Shown here: piece after piece, positions 47,225 through 57,324 of the stretch | Position numbering within the stretch: position 1 is the first letter of the stretch | Layout: each line of letters begins with the position of its first letter | Source: a virus | Length of the DNA stretch: 64,000 nucleotides | Virus record (IMG/VR): IMGVR_UViG_3300020048_000027 | Coordinates: 32,001-96,000 of that record | Direction: 5' to 3' (one strand) | Notes under the pieces: model-generated | What the model saw: the letters and a program-made list of their open reading frames with translations, nothing else | Database searches by the model: none | What the model was told of the DNA's origin: nothing | Program-made: the position numbers and the translations under genes

Positions 47225-47380
47225 TCATAATTTTTGTTTCATATGTTCTTGAAGTTCCTTCATTTTATCTAAGGAGTTTTGTAAGTTATCAAAGTCAAAC
47301 AGTTCCCAATTAGAAATAAAAGGAATTATGTACTTTACTTCCTTACTAAGTAATTCGTAGTTTTTAAAATCTGTATCCAT
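47225..47380 (-). CDS. Small protein, 51 aa (not in ORF track)
   Basis: MDTDFKNYELLSKEVKYIIPF...; promoter element with hairpin at 47381-47451. Confidence 0.55.
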   Translation of the reverse strand: MDTDFKNYELLSKEVKYIIPFISNWELFDFDNLQNSLDKMKELQEHMKQKL

Positions 47381-47479
47381 ATGTTTAATTTTTAACTATA
47401 CCTAAATATATGAAAAAATCCCTTATAAAACTACTATTTACAGGGATTTTTATTACAGTATTATTAAAAGTTTGTATGT

Positions 47480-48007
47480 CTAAGGCTGTTCTTGCATTCT
47501 GTAAGGTTCTCCTATTCTCTCTACAACCGATACAGCTTCCTTTACCGATATGTTAAAAAACTCTTTCTTTTTATTTACCCTAAATCCATGGTACTCTAGG
47601 TAACTGTGTATCTCTCCTTCAAGGTCATGGGCATTAAAGCAAGGAAACTGATAACATACGTCAAAGTCTATAGCGACACCTGTAGCAGAGTTTATTTGCT
47701 TTACTCTCTCGGTAGGTTTACTTTTAGTAAAACCTATCTTACATAAGCCAGGCATAGCTTTATTAGTAAGTATATAAATGTACTGACTTCCTACTAGCCC
47801 TTTAGGAATTTTAATATTTTTGGACCTGTTTGTATAGTAAGTAACATCCTCCCAGCCTTCTTCTGCTGGATACTTCTTATTATTAGAGGGTGTTAGTGTG
47901 TAATACCTGGTAGGCATGTTAAGTTGATCTTCTTTACATGAGATAAAATCTTCCGCTATAAAGCTGTTTATTCTACTTATATCCGGTATGTTACTATTAT
48001 TTGCCAT
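47480..48007 (-). CDS. GIY-YIG protein, T5orf172-like
   Basis: YIYILTNKAMPGLCKIGFT..P.ERVKQINSATGV..LE..IH..RVN..KEFF. Confidence 0.85.
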   Translation of the reverse strand: MANNSNIPDISRINSFIAEDFISCKEDQLNMPTRYYTLTPSNNKKYPAEEGWEDVTYYTNRSKNIKIPKGLVGSQYIYILTNKAMPGLCKIGFTKSKPTERVKQINSATGVAIDFDVCYQFPCFNAHDLEGEIHSYLEYHGFRVNKKKEFFNISVKEAVSVVERIGEPYRMQEQP

Positions 48008-48645
48008 CTTGTTTAGTGTTGCGGTACTTCCCACAATCACATTCTTCTGTTACTTCGTAAAATAGTGATTTAATAACTCTTATACGGTCCTCCTGGTTTT
48101 CCTCTCTAGCTAGAATATACTTCTTTCCTAGAAATTCTTGTACCATTCTAATTTCTGCTTGACTCATTCACTACCTTATTTATGTTTAAATAATTCGCAT
48201 GTATAATCTCTACTAGGTATTAGTGTAGTAAATGTTTCTTTAAAACTATTACGTTTAGGATGATTACATCTCATACCTAATCCTAATGCAATCAAATGTA
48301 CTACATACTTACAGTTTATACAGACTTCTTTACTATTACTTTCCATAGGGTATTGACTTCTGATTAGCTTGCTAGGCTATTCTGCAAAGTCTGATTTTTT
48401 ATTTTTATAAGGTGGATTGCCACTTTTCCAACTTCCATCTTTTTGAGGTGTCTCTCTTGACTTATATTCTTTTGTCAATCTTCCTGCTAAAATTAGCAAC
48501 ACTGCCATAACTAATACTAAAACTAATATGCTCATATTTTTTAATTTAATTTAATTTAATTTAATTTAAGATTTATATATAATGTAAAATACCTAAGGTA
48601 GTATAGCAACTATATTGTAAGGTTACAACTTTACCGCTATATCTT

Positions 48646-48981
48646 TTAAAGACTCTCCCTACAGAGTTTATATTCACTATTCTGCGTTTTAAAATGCACT
48701 AAACTATCTGATTTACTTATAATCTCAGTGATAGGTGTGGTCATCCATGTATAAGTAATTGAGAAAGGAGACATAATTAGACTGTACCCTATGCACGGTT
48801 CTTCATGTTCTTTTTCAACTCCCCCAGATGAGTGCCACTCTATCCATGATATAGCTTCTGAATATTTAACTAGCTGGTCTTCTCTTCGGAATAGCTTCCA
48901 ACGAAAAGCTGTACCTTCTATATTTAGTCTACCTAGACTATCTACTGCAATGTTAAATTTATGTTGTTTAATTTTTGACAT
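48646..48981 (-). CDS. Hypothetical protein
   Basis: W.TTPITEII...FKTQNSEYKL. Confidence 0.65.
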   Translation of the reverse strand: MSKIKQHKFNIAVDSLGRLNIEGTAFRWKLFRREDQLVKYSEAISWIEWHSSGGVEKEHEEPCIGYSLIMSPFSITYTWMTTPITEIISKSDSLVHFKTQNSEYKLCRESL

Positions 48982-48996
48982 AGTATTTAGAAGTTA

Positions 48997-49131
48997 TTAT
49001 TGTTTTCTTAACTGTTTTTTATATCCGTACGGGCAATGCTTACATCCATTTTTACAACAAAATCCTCTTCCCTCTAAAAACTCTTTAGTAAATACGTACT
49101 TTCCGTCTTCGTCTATAATGTAGTCAGCCAT
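48997..49131 (-). CDS. Cys-rich small protein, DUF5522-like (not in ORF track)
   Basis: VFTKEFLEGRGFCCKNGCKHCPYG. Confidence 0.7.
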   Translation of the reverse strand: MADYIIDEDGKYVFTKEFLEGRGFCCKNGCKHCPYGYKKQLRKQ

Positions 49132-49139
49132 GCTTGTTA

Positions 49140-49337
49140 CTATGAATATATTAACATCTGTTCATCTGTTGTTAAACTACGTAATCTTCTCCGTACTACC
49201 CTTCCTCTCGGTTTTTTTGATAACTGTTGATATATTCTTCCTTCAATTTCTATAGTACTATCGTTTATTACTATATCTTGTATTTTTAAATTTACTTTTA
49301 CGATAGGAACATATACTGTTTGATTTACGTTTTGCAT
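49140..49337 (-). CDS. Hypothetical protein
   Basis: 65-aa ORF. Confidence 0.55.
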   Translation of the reverse strand: MQNVNQTVYVPIVKVNLKIQDIVINDSTIEIEGRIYQQLSKKPRGRVVRRRLRSLTTDEQMLIYS

Positions 49338-49356
49338 TTATTTTGGAGTTTAAATT

Positions 49357-49659
49357 TTATAATTTATTTTTTACTACCTTTGAAAGTAACTGCCAGGTAT
49401 CTATGCATTCATCCGAACAGTTAAGTTCCTCATAATGTTTTAGACAGTTTTCCAACGCTGTCTTCCATTGCTTAGCTGGAAGAGATATTTCGTAAGATAG
49501 ATCTGTGTTTTCAAAGGATACTTGAAACATTATAGCTGTTTTTTTACCTTGCTCTATTGCTTCAGTTATCGCTTCTATAATAGCGTCTGTGACTTCTTTA
49601 GATTTTTTTGAGAATAATTTCTCAAACCCGTCTGGAGTTGTAAAGTTTAATTCTTTCAT
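49357..49659 (-). CDS. Hypothetical protein
   Basis: 100 aa; early-type element upstream. Confidence 0.65.
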   Translation of the reverse strand: MKELNFTTPDGFEKLFSKKSKEVTDAIIEAITEAIEQGKKTAIMFQVSFENTDLSYEISLPAKQWKTALENCLKHYEELNCSDECIDTWQLLSKVVKNKL

Positions 49660-49724
49660 TTAGTATATTTTTTATCTCTTATTACATCTAAATATACGAA
49701 TTTTTAGTAAGAAAAACAACTATT

Positions 49725-49865
49725 CTAAAAGAAATCTAACCAATCCGTATTCATTTTTTTTTCTTTTAACTTTCCATTACGTTCAGATAACTTTACTAAA
49801 GTGTCGGCTAATTTATCTTCTCGAGATTTCTTTTTCGAAAAATGTTTTTTTATATCTTTTTTCAT
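49725..49865 (-). CDS. Small basic protein, 46 aa (not in ORF track)
   Basis: MKKDIKKHFSKKKSREDK...DWLDFF. Confidence 0.5.
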   Translation of the reverse strand: MKKDIKKHFSKKKSREDKLADTLVKLSERNGKLKEKKMNTDWLDFF

Positions 49866-50510
49866 TTACAGTCTACTTATATACTCTTCCCCCGGTCTCT
49901 TATCATCATCCTCAAAAAGTCCTAATGATTTAAGATGTTCTATATGGTGTTCATCTAACTGCCAATCTATGTCCGGTGTAATTCGATCTACAAAGTCCTC
50001 CATAGCTTCAACTTGTTTTTCTGTAATGGCAGAAGCTGCATATAGAAATGAACAATTATAACATAGAAACTCTAAATTTTCAAAAAGAAAGTTATTAGTA
50101 TTTCCATCCTTATGACTAAGTATTAAAGGTACTTTAGTATCTATTACTCTTCTTTCTACAAACCCACACTTGTTACACTTCTCTTCTAATACTCCTTCTA
50201 GTATTATTCTTTGTTTAAGTTTCTGAGGGCTAAAATGTTCTGCAGGAACTCTTCCTTCTACTATATCAAGTAATGCTGGCTGTTTATCCTTACTTGTTAA
50301 AAACTTAGGTATTCCTACTCCTGCTTGATTTTTATGAAGTTCGTGTAAACTGCTGCCGGTTTCTTCATCCTTGTACATTTTAGCATACTCTGCATAATGC
50401 GGGTAAGAGACATGGCAGTATCTTGCAGCTGCAAAATTAGAACGGGTCATTTTCATGGCCCGTAATACTGTCTCTTTTGATAATATCTTTGAAGGTCTAC
50501 CTCTTCCCAT
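49866..50510 (-). CDS. HNH-like Zn-binding nuclease with N-terminal HTH
   Basis: CNKCG...LSHKDGNTNN...ENLEFLCYNC. Confidence 0.7.
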   Translation of the reverse strand: MGRGRPSKILSKETVLRAMKMTRSNFAAARYCHVSYPHYAEYAKMYKDEETGSSLHELHKNQAGVGIPKFLTSKDKQPALLDIVEGRVPAEHFSPQKLKQRIILEGVLEEKCNKCGFVERRVIDTKVPLILSHKDGNTNNFLFENLEFLCYNCSFLYAASAITEKQVEAMEDFVDRITPDIDWQLDEHHIEHLKSLGLFEDDDKRPGEEYISRL

Positions 50511-50534
50511 TATTTGAATAACCTTTTAATCTTA

Positions 50535-50933
50535 CTAATCTATGTCCTCACTATCACTATCGTCATCGTTATCACTACCGTTATCGCTATCGCTATCGTT
50601 ACTGGTATCACTATCGTCTTCGAGCACTTTGCTTATTCTCTCTCTTACTACCTGGTCAACTTCAAATTCTTCCATTGAGTCTACATCGGAAGGTATGTGA
50701 AACTTTTTACCTCTTATTTCTGCTTCCCGTTTAGCAATTGCATTGGCAGTTGACTGTTCAAGTATAATCAGTCCATTCCACGTATGGTCTCCTACTCCTT
50801 CTACAGTAGTTATTCCTACCTTTGCCTCTATTGTTGAACAATCAACACAGAAGTTGTACCCATACTTAGTCTTTCTAAGTTCCGGAAAATCTTGTTTACA
50901 TTTTGGACAAGGTATCATTTTCAGTTCTTGCAT
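50535..50933 (-). CDS. C4 zinc-finger protein (DksA/TraR-like finger) with acidic tail
   Basis: CPKCKQDFPELR...FCVDCS. Confidence 0.6.
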   Translation of the reverse strand: MQELKMIPCPKCKQDFPELRKTKYGYNFCVDCSTIEAKVGITTVEGVGDHTWNGLIILEQSTANAIAKREAEIRGKKFHIPSDVDSMEEFEVDQVVRERISKVLEDDSDTSNDSDSDNGSDNDDDSDSEDID

Positions 50934-50986
50934 ATAACCTATTTTTATTTATACCTAAATGTACGATCTTTTCTTAACATATACAA

Positions 50987-51388
50987 CTATTCTACAGGAT
51001 TTATTCTCTCTAATACTTCCCAAACTTGCTCAGGTGTTTTAAAACCCACTATTTCAACTGTTTCCTGTGTTTTTATCTCAATTGTACCGTCCCAATCTTT
51101 ATCTTCACTAAGAGAATATAAATACATTTCGATTAACTTACACTGTTCTTCTGAAAAGGTTATTCTAAAAAGGTTTTCGATAACTATAAAGAATTTATCT
51201 TCGTATAGGCTCATATCAACTCCTAATTCACTCTGCATAAAATCTGTTCTATCTTCTATTTCCTTTAACGTATTGATTGCTTCTATAAACAGCTTACGTC
51301 TGGTAACATCTCTTTTCGGTTTCTTTTCGTAAATTCTATACTGCAGGTCATTATTGGTTTTTAACACTTTTCTGATAAATTCTTTCAT
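50987..51388 (-). CDS. Hypothetical protein
   Basis: 133-aa ORF. Confidence 0.65.
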   Translation of the reverse strand: MKEFIRKVLKTNNDLQYRIYEKKPKRDVTRRKLFIEAINTLKEIEDRTDFMQSELGVDMSLYEDKFFIVIENLFRITFSEEQCKLIEMYLYSLSEDKDWDGTIEIKTQETVEIVGFKTPEQVWEVLERINPVE

Positions 51389-51438
51389 TTTTTTCAGTTT
51401 AGATAATATACGTACTTTTTCTAAAACTCACAACTCTT

Positions 51439-51816
51439 TTACATAGCCTCTTCCTCAGCTCCTCTTGGGTTTTGATCTGATAGTACTTGTCTTATTATCT
51501 TATCGAAGTATTCAATGTAGATAAAGAAGCCTACAACTGTCTTATCCTTAAGATTCCTATCTCTCTCCACCTTTAAGTCGTATTGGTCTAGTCCTGCCTC
51601 TAATCTCTTTTCTAATTCAATAGCGATGTCGTTTTGCTGTGTGGAGGATATCTGTCCAAAGGTTGTAGGTATAAATTGAACTTTAATACCTTTTTTCTGA
51701 GGATCTTCATTTACATCTACCTTTAGCATAAATTGATGACCTGCAAATTTAATCCTTGCTGATTCTGAGATTACTTGCTTAACTGTCTCTAATATTGTTT
51801 TTTTATCTAGTTTCAT
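51439..51816 (-). CDS. Hypothetical late protein, possible head protein
   Basis: MKL..ILETVKQVISE leader; CTATTTATTA upstream near 51832-51841. Confidence 0.65.
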   Translation of the reverse strand: MKLDKKTILETVKQVISESARIKFAGHQFMLKVDVNEDPQKKGIKVQFIPTTFGQISSTQQNDIAIELEKRLEAGLDQYDLKVERDRNLKDKTVVGFFIYIEYFDKIIRQVLSDQNPRGAEEEAM

Positions 51817-51850
51817 GTATATATTTTATAATAATAAATAGCTTATAATT

Positions 51851-52024
51851 CTATCCCAGTAATATTGATTTCTGATTACTTACAGTCTCTGCTATAGTTT
51901 TATGTGTACTGATTGGCTTATTTCTACAGTAGTCTTTTACGGTCTTTTCTATATTGGCTGTTTCAAACTCAACTTCAAAAGATCTTCCTTCTGTGTCTAT
52001 GAATTCTATAGTATATTTTTTCAT
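51851..52024 (-). CDS. Small protein, 57 aa (not in ORF track)
   Basis: MKKYTIEFIDTEGRSFEVEF...KSILLG. Confidence 0.55.
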   Translation of the reverse strand: MKKYTIEFIDTEGRSFEVEFETANIEKTVKDYCRNKPISTHKTIAETVSNQKSILLG

Positions 52025-52031
52025 AAGTACT

Positions 52032-52859
52032 TTACTGGTTTAATTTATATTTATAATTAGTTATAGTTTCCTTATAGTCTTTAATGCCTTGTAAATGTTT
52101 TGAATTAGTATTTACACCACTTCCTATATAACTGCCCCATTTTTCTTTAGCAAACTTATGACAATTTCTCTCGTCTATCTGCGATTTTTTAATTTCTGTT
52201 TCTGATTTTGCTGTCAATGATACAAAATGATAAAAATGACATGTATAACTTCTAAAGGTATTAATTCCGTTTAACCTGTACTTTAAAAATAAGTCCCAAT
52301 CCGCTACATATCCTGCCGAAGAAGGGTACTGTTCATCATAGCCCCCTACTTTATTCCAGTTTAATTTACTTGTATAGATTGGAAAGGTCGATCCTTCATT
52401 AGTTACTTCTTCTTTACTGCAAGTATTCTCAAACTCCCAATACGACTTCAAGTCAAAAGTTTTTGGATCTCTACCCAGGTCTTTTATAATAAATTGAGGA
52501 AACATGCTACTGAAAGGTTCTATCTGGTTAGGAGATACTACTGTGTTAGTTATATCTAAGCTGCTTAAGCTTACGTCCCAATTCTTTGGAAAAACATTGT
52601 CATCGTTCACAATTAGTATATTGTTGCTCTTAGCTTGAAATACCCCTAAGTTCAGTATACGTGCTACTCCTATGTTTTCTTCTAATATTAAGAAATTAAC
52701 CTTCCCTTTCCATTTCTCAATTACATGTTTATTTTGATCTGCCATACCATCTACCAGTACCAGTATCTCATTAATTCCTTGCTGCCCTTCGTATGCAGAC
52801 TTTATACACAGATCCAAAGCATCAGGACAGTTATAAGTAGGTATAAGCGCTGTTATCAT
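52032..52859 (-). CDS. Glycosyltransferase family 2
   Basis: LIPTYN, LVDG, N.G, NDD, GGYDE..DWD. Confidence 0.85.
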   Translation of the reverse strand: MITALIPTYNCPDALDLCIKSAYEGQQGINEILVLVDGMADQNKHVIEKWKGKVNFLILEENIGVARILNLGVFQAKSNNILIVNDDNVFPKNWDVSLSSLDITNTVVSPNQIEPFSSMFPQFIIKDLGRDPKTFDLKSYWEFENTCSKEEVTNEGSTFPIYTSKLNWNKVGGYDEQYPSSAGYVADWDLFLKYRLNGINTFRSYTCHFYHFVSLTAKSETEIKKSQIDERNCHKFAKEKWGSYIGSGVNTNSKHLQGIKDYKETITNYKYKLNQ

Positions 52860-53554
52860 AGTATACTAATTTTTTCCCAATCTGTTAATGGTGCTAGCCA
52901 AGCTGTCTCACCATGGGTTGAATATCCCGGTATTGAAGATAGTAATATACGATTACTTTTACCGAGCTCCAAGAACATATCAAAATCTCTTGGGTAAGTT
53001 CCTGTCGTATGTTTTCTCAGTATATGCTCTACCTCTCTCAATGTCTTTACCTTTGCTGCAAAAGTCATAGTAGTTGAATTAGTTATTTTCCAATGAGTAG
53101 ACTTTGTCAAATATACTCCTGTTGGTTCGGCTCCTCCCTGACAGTATGGGTTTCCTCCTCTTGAAGGATCTAGATACTTATCAGGATGGTCATAAAGTGT
53201 AATAAAAGAAGCTCCTAATTCTAAACCTTCCTTGATTACTTCTTCACTGCCCGGTTTATGTAAATAATCATTCTCAATAAAATAGACAATTTCATCATCG
53301 TCATAACTTAAAGCCTCGTCTAATGCAAGGTTAAATGTCTGAGCTCCTGATCCTTGAGAGGTATATAAGATAATACTCCTACTAACGTACTTTTGAACCA
53401 TATCATCTGTCTCTGCCGAAATATTATCTGCTATAACAGACCAGGTACTATTTTGAAATACCTTGGTAGCATTTCTAAGGCAGTTTTCATTTGTGATATA
53501 GCCCGGCTTCACCTTACTGTACCCCGCATCTGATATTCTATAAATTATTCTCAT
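52856..53554 (-). CDS. GT-A fold glycosyltransferase-like protein
   Basis: VYFIENDYLH (DxD-like) in glycosylation cluster. Confidence 0.65.
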   Translation of the reverse strand: MRIIYRISDAGYSKVKPGYITNENCLRNATKVFQNSTWSVIADNISAETDDMVQKYVSRSIILYTSQGSGAQTFNLALDEALSYDDDEIVYFIENDYLHKPGSEEVIKEGLELGASFITLYDHPDKYLDPSRGGNPYCQGGAEPTGVYLTKSTHWKITNSTTMTFAAKVKTLREVEHILRKHTTGTYPRDFDMFLELGKSNRILLSSIPGYSTHGETAWLAPLTDWEKISIL

Positions 53555-54288
53555 ACTAGTTTGTTTAGTGCTGCTTGCATTTTAACTTCTTCTGACCTTT
53601 GCTTAACTCTACCTGGACCTCCATTAATATATATGTTAGGTAAGTGATGAATTATATTATCCTCAAACTCCGATATACAGATTACCTTTCTCATACCACA
53701 GTGTTGGTATATATCTGTGTTAGTCTTACACTTCAAGCTGTATTGATCATTGCCTAAGAACCTAGTAAAGTCCTTTTCCTTCTTTATATTTGCTAACTGT
53801 TCCTTAGATATTAAGAAGGAAGCTTGATGTACATTAGTAAAGTGTGCAAACTTTTTACCCTCAAACTCTTCTACTGAATTATAGTCCCAGTCATAATGAG
53901 CATGGTATGCAGGGTAGAACCTACCTGTCTCATTTTCCTCATACTGTATCAATCCAGCTATTCTATCTTTAGGAAGTATTTTTTCGTACTCAATAAACTT
54001 ATCTACATGATGCTCTTTCCATAAATGATCATTCTCTGAAAAAATAAAGTAATCAAAGTTTTCTGATTCTTGATCAATCAATTGTCGACAAGTCATCGGA
54101 AGTAGTTGATAGTTGTCTAGCTTTACAATGTTTACCTGATCGATTCCTATTATAGTCGGAAGAGGTATATTGGAATGTACAACAACAGTTACTTGATATT
54201 TCTTAAAAGATTTTAACTCTGAAACTACTTCTTGAAGGTATTCTAACTGTTCTTCTCCAAAATTTACTAAAACTGCTAATATTTTCAT
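53551..54288 (-). CDS. Putative glycosyltransferase
   Basis: FDYFIFSENDH. Confidence 0.5.
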   Translation of the reverse strand: MKILAVLVNFGEEQLEYLQEVVSELKSFKKYQVTVVVHSNIPLPTIIGIDQVNIVKLDNYQLLPMTCRQLIDQESENFDYFIFSENDHLWKEHHVDKFIEYEKILPKDRIAGLIQYEENETGRFYPAYHAHYDWDYNSVEEFEGKKFAHFTNVHQASFLISKEQLANIKKEKDFTRFLGNDQYSLKCKTNTDIYQHCGMRKVICISEFEDNIIHHLPNIYINGGPGRVKQRSEEVKMQAALNKLV

Positions 54289-54295
54289 GTTCTTT

Positions 54296-55297
54296 TTATT
54301 TATTTCTCCAGTAACTGTAGAGCCCTTTATCTAGTTCATACTCCGACCAAACAAATCTATCTCTTGTAGGCTGTTGCTTAGCCCATTCCCACATTTGAGC
54401 TAACCCCTCTCTAAGGTCAGTCTTATGTTTAAATCCTAAAATATTAACTGATTTCTGAAATGTAGGTATAGAGTGTTTAACTTCATGTCTACCTTCTAAG
54501 TGAATTACTTTTTCAGCTCCTATCACCTCTCTTAGTATGCTGCTTGCTTCTTTAATAGAGTATTCCTCGATGCCCCCTAGGTTAATTATCTCTTTAGATG
54601 CTCTTGGTTCAATCGCAGCGTTCCATAGCGGCTCTAACGAATCATCTATATAGCTAAATGCTCTTGTCTGTTCCCCATCTCCAAATATAGTTATCGGGTC
54701 TCCGTTAAGATATTGGTACATCCAAATACCTAGTACGTTTCTATACTTATCCCAGATATTCTGCTTAATCCCATATACGTTATGTGGCCTAATAATACAG
54801 TAATCTAATCCATGTTGTTCGTTAGCTATCTGGATATCCATTTCACATGCATACTTAGCTACTCCGTAAGGGTCAATCGGTTTAGGTATTTGTGTTTCTT
54901 CAAATACTCCTCCGTACCCATGTCCATATACCGCTAGTGTGGATGTAAATACTAATCTCGTTACATCATGCTTAATACATTGGTTAACTATTCTAGCTGT
55001 AGCTTTAAGATTATTATCGTAATTATAAGATCTAATGAATGGAGATAACCCTTCTGCAGCATATGCAGCAAAATGAAATACGTAATCAATCTTACCAGCT
55101 TTAAAACAATTCTCAATAGGACCTCCTACAAGGTTCATTTCCCAAAACTCAACTCTCGGGTCAATATTCTCTTGAAAACCTCCGCTTAAGTCATCTATCC
55201 CTATTACCGTATACTCAGGCTTATTTTCAAGTATCCAATCAGCTAACCTTGATCCGAGCAATCCTGCTACTCCTGTTATTAATACTCTTTTTCCCAT
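54296..55297 (-). CDS. NAD-dependent sugar epimerase/dehydratase (extended SDR)
   Basis: TGVAGLLG, YGVAK, RPHNVYG, GDGEQTRAFSYIDD. Confidence 0.9.
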   Translation of the reverse strand: MGKRVLITGVAGLLGSRLADWILENKPEYTVIGIDDLSGGFQENIDPRVEFWEMNLVGGPIENCFKAGKIDYVFHFAAYAAEGLSPFIRSYNYDNNLKATARIVNQCIKHDVTRLVFTSTLAVYGHGYGGVFEETQIPKPIDPYGVAKYACEMDIQIANEQHGLDYCIIRPHNVYGIKQNIWDKYRNVLGIWMYQYLNGDPITIFGDGEQTRAFSYIDDSLEPLWNAAIEPRASKEIINLGGIEEYSIKEASSILREVIGAEKVIHLEGRHEVKHSIPTFQKSVNILGFKHKTDLREGLAQMWEWAKQQPTRDRFVWSEYELDKGLYSYWRNK

Positions 55298-55312
55298 TAT
55301 TATTATTAGTTA

Positions 55313-55906
55313 TTATAGTAGTTTAGTAAACTGATCGACTGTAATTAAATTTAAAGCATTAACTCTATTTTCGTCGAACCATTTATATTCTAAAACTTTA
55401 GGAAGAATATAGTTACATTTACCTTTACCTTCTCTTATTACGCCGATTCCTAAATCTGTGTCCACTACATAGGTAGTATACTTTGTATGGTTATTATAAT
55501 TAAACTCGACTAAAGATCGCCATACATCTCCTGTCCAGCAGTTTGATACTCTAGGAACTATTTGAGATTGTTCATCAGGAGGAGAACAATCATGAAGTAT
55601 CACAGCTCCGTGTTTATTTAAAGCTTTAATCGAATTTGCTATATCTTTTGTTACCTGTTCTGAATGATGTAAACCGTCTATAAAGATAATATCATATGTT
55701 TTCTCAGGATATGTTTCAAAAAACTCATCAGATGTCATTCTATAAGTCGGGTTAGCATGACTGTATTGACCGGTTGAAGGATCTATGCTCTCTTTACTCT
55801 CTACTTCAATCTGCTTAAAGTTTAATCCCGTATCTAATCCTATTTCTAGATAACTTTTATAATTATACTTCTTTATGAGTCTTTGTATAACTTCTGTTCT
55901 TACCAT
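55313..55906 (-). CDS. Class I SAM methyltransferase (Methyltransf_24-like)
   Basis: YLEIG, DIIFIDGLH, ILHD. Confidence 0.85.
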   Translation of the reverse strand: MVRTEVIQRLIKKYNYKSYLEIGLDTGLNFKQIEVESKESIDPSTGQYSHANPTYRMTSDEFFETYPEKTYDIIFIDGLHHSEQVTKDIANSIKALNKHGAVILHDCSPPDEQSQIVPRVSNCWTGDVWRSLVEFNYNNHTKYTTYVVDTDLGIGVIREGKGKCNYILPKVLEYKWFDENRVNALNLITVDQFTKLL

Positions 55907-56685
55907 TTTTCTTTTACTTTATTTATTAAGTCGTTATAGTTATTAAATCCAAATATGTTTGCTCCACCTAAAAGTCTTAACCACGAGTCTGTCTTCCATA
56001 CGCCCCTGCCTGCTCCTGCACCTTCTATACTGTCAAATATTAGCACATCTCCTCCGAAGTATGAAGCAATACATGCGTTACCTCCTGATACTGTTATATG
56101 TTTTTCAGAGCAAGCTTCAATCATAAATTGTAATATATTATAGTTCATATCCGGGTATGTGTTCTTAAAGTCTTCTATGGTATAAACCTCAGGATAGTTC
56201 TGCTTAATAAATTCATAGTCGTTAAACTTCCTAATCTCATTTTCATCTTTATAGTAGTCCCTAGACCCACCTGTAGGTCTTATATATACAATATCGTACT
56301 TTTCTTTTAGGTATCCAAATAATTCACCTAATACTTCTGTTGGAAAATAATTAAACGGCCCTTGTCCCCATTCTAATGAAAATTTATTCTGAATAACGAC
56401 GACAGGTTTGTTAAATTTAATACTGTCTTTAAAATGTTCTTTCATAGGAGGAGGAGTCCATTCTAACTCTGTATATCCTGGTGGTTCCGTGCTATATGAA
56501 GCAGAATCATTGTCTGCATCAAATCTCTCTACTTCCTGTACGTTTGAACTAAAGTAATACACTTGCTTTAATCCTGGTTTGCATTTTACTTGGTACGGTA
56601 TTTTATTACTCTCATAATAATAAGCTTTAGGTAAAGCTTTAATCATATCCCAAGTAAACTCGTGGAACTCTTCTACTACCTTCAT
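55900..56685 (-). CDS. Putative glycosyltransferase
   Basis: 261 aa in cluster; GT-B-like C-terminal ITVSGGNACIASYFG. Confidence 0.45.
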   Translation of the reverse strand: MKVVEEFHEFTWDMIKALPKAYYYESNKIPYQVKCKPGLKQVYYFSSNVQEVERFDADNDSASYSTEPPGYTELEWTPPPMKEHFKDSIKFNKPVVVIQNKFSLEWGQGPFNYFPTEVLGELFGYLKEKYDIVYIRPTGGSRDYYKDENEIRKFNDYEFIKQNYPEVYTIEDFKNTYPDMNYNILQFMIEACSEKHITVSGGNACIASYFGGDVLIFDSIEGAGAGRGVWKTDSWLRLLGGANIFGFNNYNDLINKVKEKW

Positions 56686-56686
56686 G

Positions 56687-57304
56687 TTATATTTTTAAAT
56701 TTCTATGATAACCTCTTGTTGCTTTTCCTACGTACGGATCAAATACACTTCCAACATCTATATATGTGTTTGTCTTATTCTCTTTCCATAATTCATGTAT
56801 AAATACATTTGTAGCCATACCGGCTGAGAAACAGTATACTTTAGGAGTGTTCTCAAATGTACTCCTAACTATTTCCATTAATTCCTCCTTTTGCAACCAT
56901 ACATTGTTCTGAGGTATGACTATAAACTGGTTTACAAAAGTGAGGTTTACTAAGTCTGAGTTTCCAATATAGGTTACCTGTTTGCTAGTTAAGATATCTA
57001 TAAACGGTTGAAGTTTTCCCTCCATACTTGCTTTATGAAAAATATCAGCATCTATCCAATCCTGGTCGTAGTCCTCTACGTCTGAGGTTAAATTAAAGGT
57101 CTTGTAGTCTTGTGCCCCTAGTATGTAATCTTGTTTTACGCTTACTATCTCTTTTAAAGCATCTCCTAGGTCTGGGTAGTATATGTTTCCATCACAGTTC
57201 GCTCCTTGAAGTTTTCTTATGTTATACCATTCTCCGTCTCCCCATCTAGTTAAAGCGAAAGGTTCATTAGATTCTATCTTATAAATTATATCCTTTAATG
57301 TCAT
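56687..57304 (-). CDS. GT-D fold (DUF1792-like) glycosyltransferase
   Basis: RWGDGE...SAG...IDVGS. Confidence 0.75.
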   Translation of the reverse strand: MTLKDIIYKIESNEPFALTRWGDGEWYNIRKLQGANCDGNIYYPDLGDALKEIVSVKQDYILGAQDYKTFNLTSDVEDYDQDWIDADIFHKASMEGKLQPFIDILTSKQVTYIGNSDLVNLTFVNQFIVIPQNNVWLQKEELMEIVRSTFENTPKVYCFSAGMATNVFIHELWKENKTNTYIDVGSVFDPYVGKATRGYHRNLKI

Positions 57305-57324
57305 ATTCTTTTATTTCTAGTATA

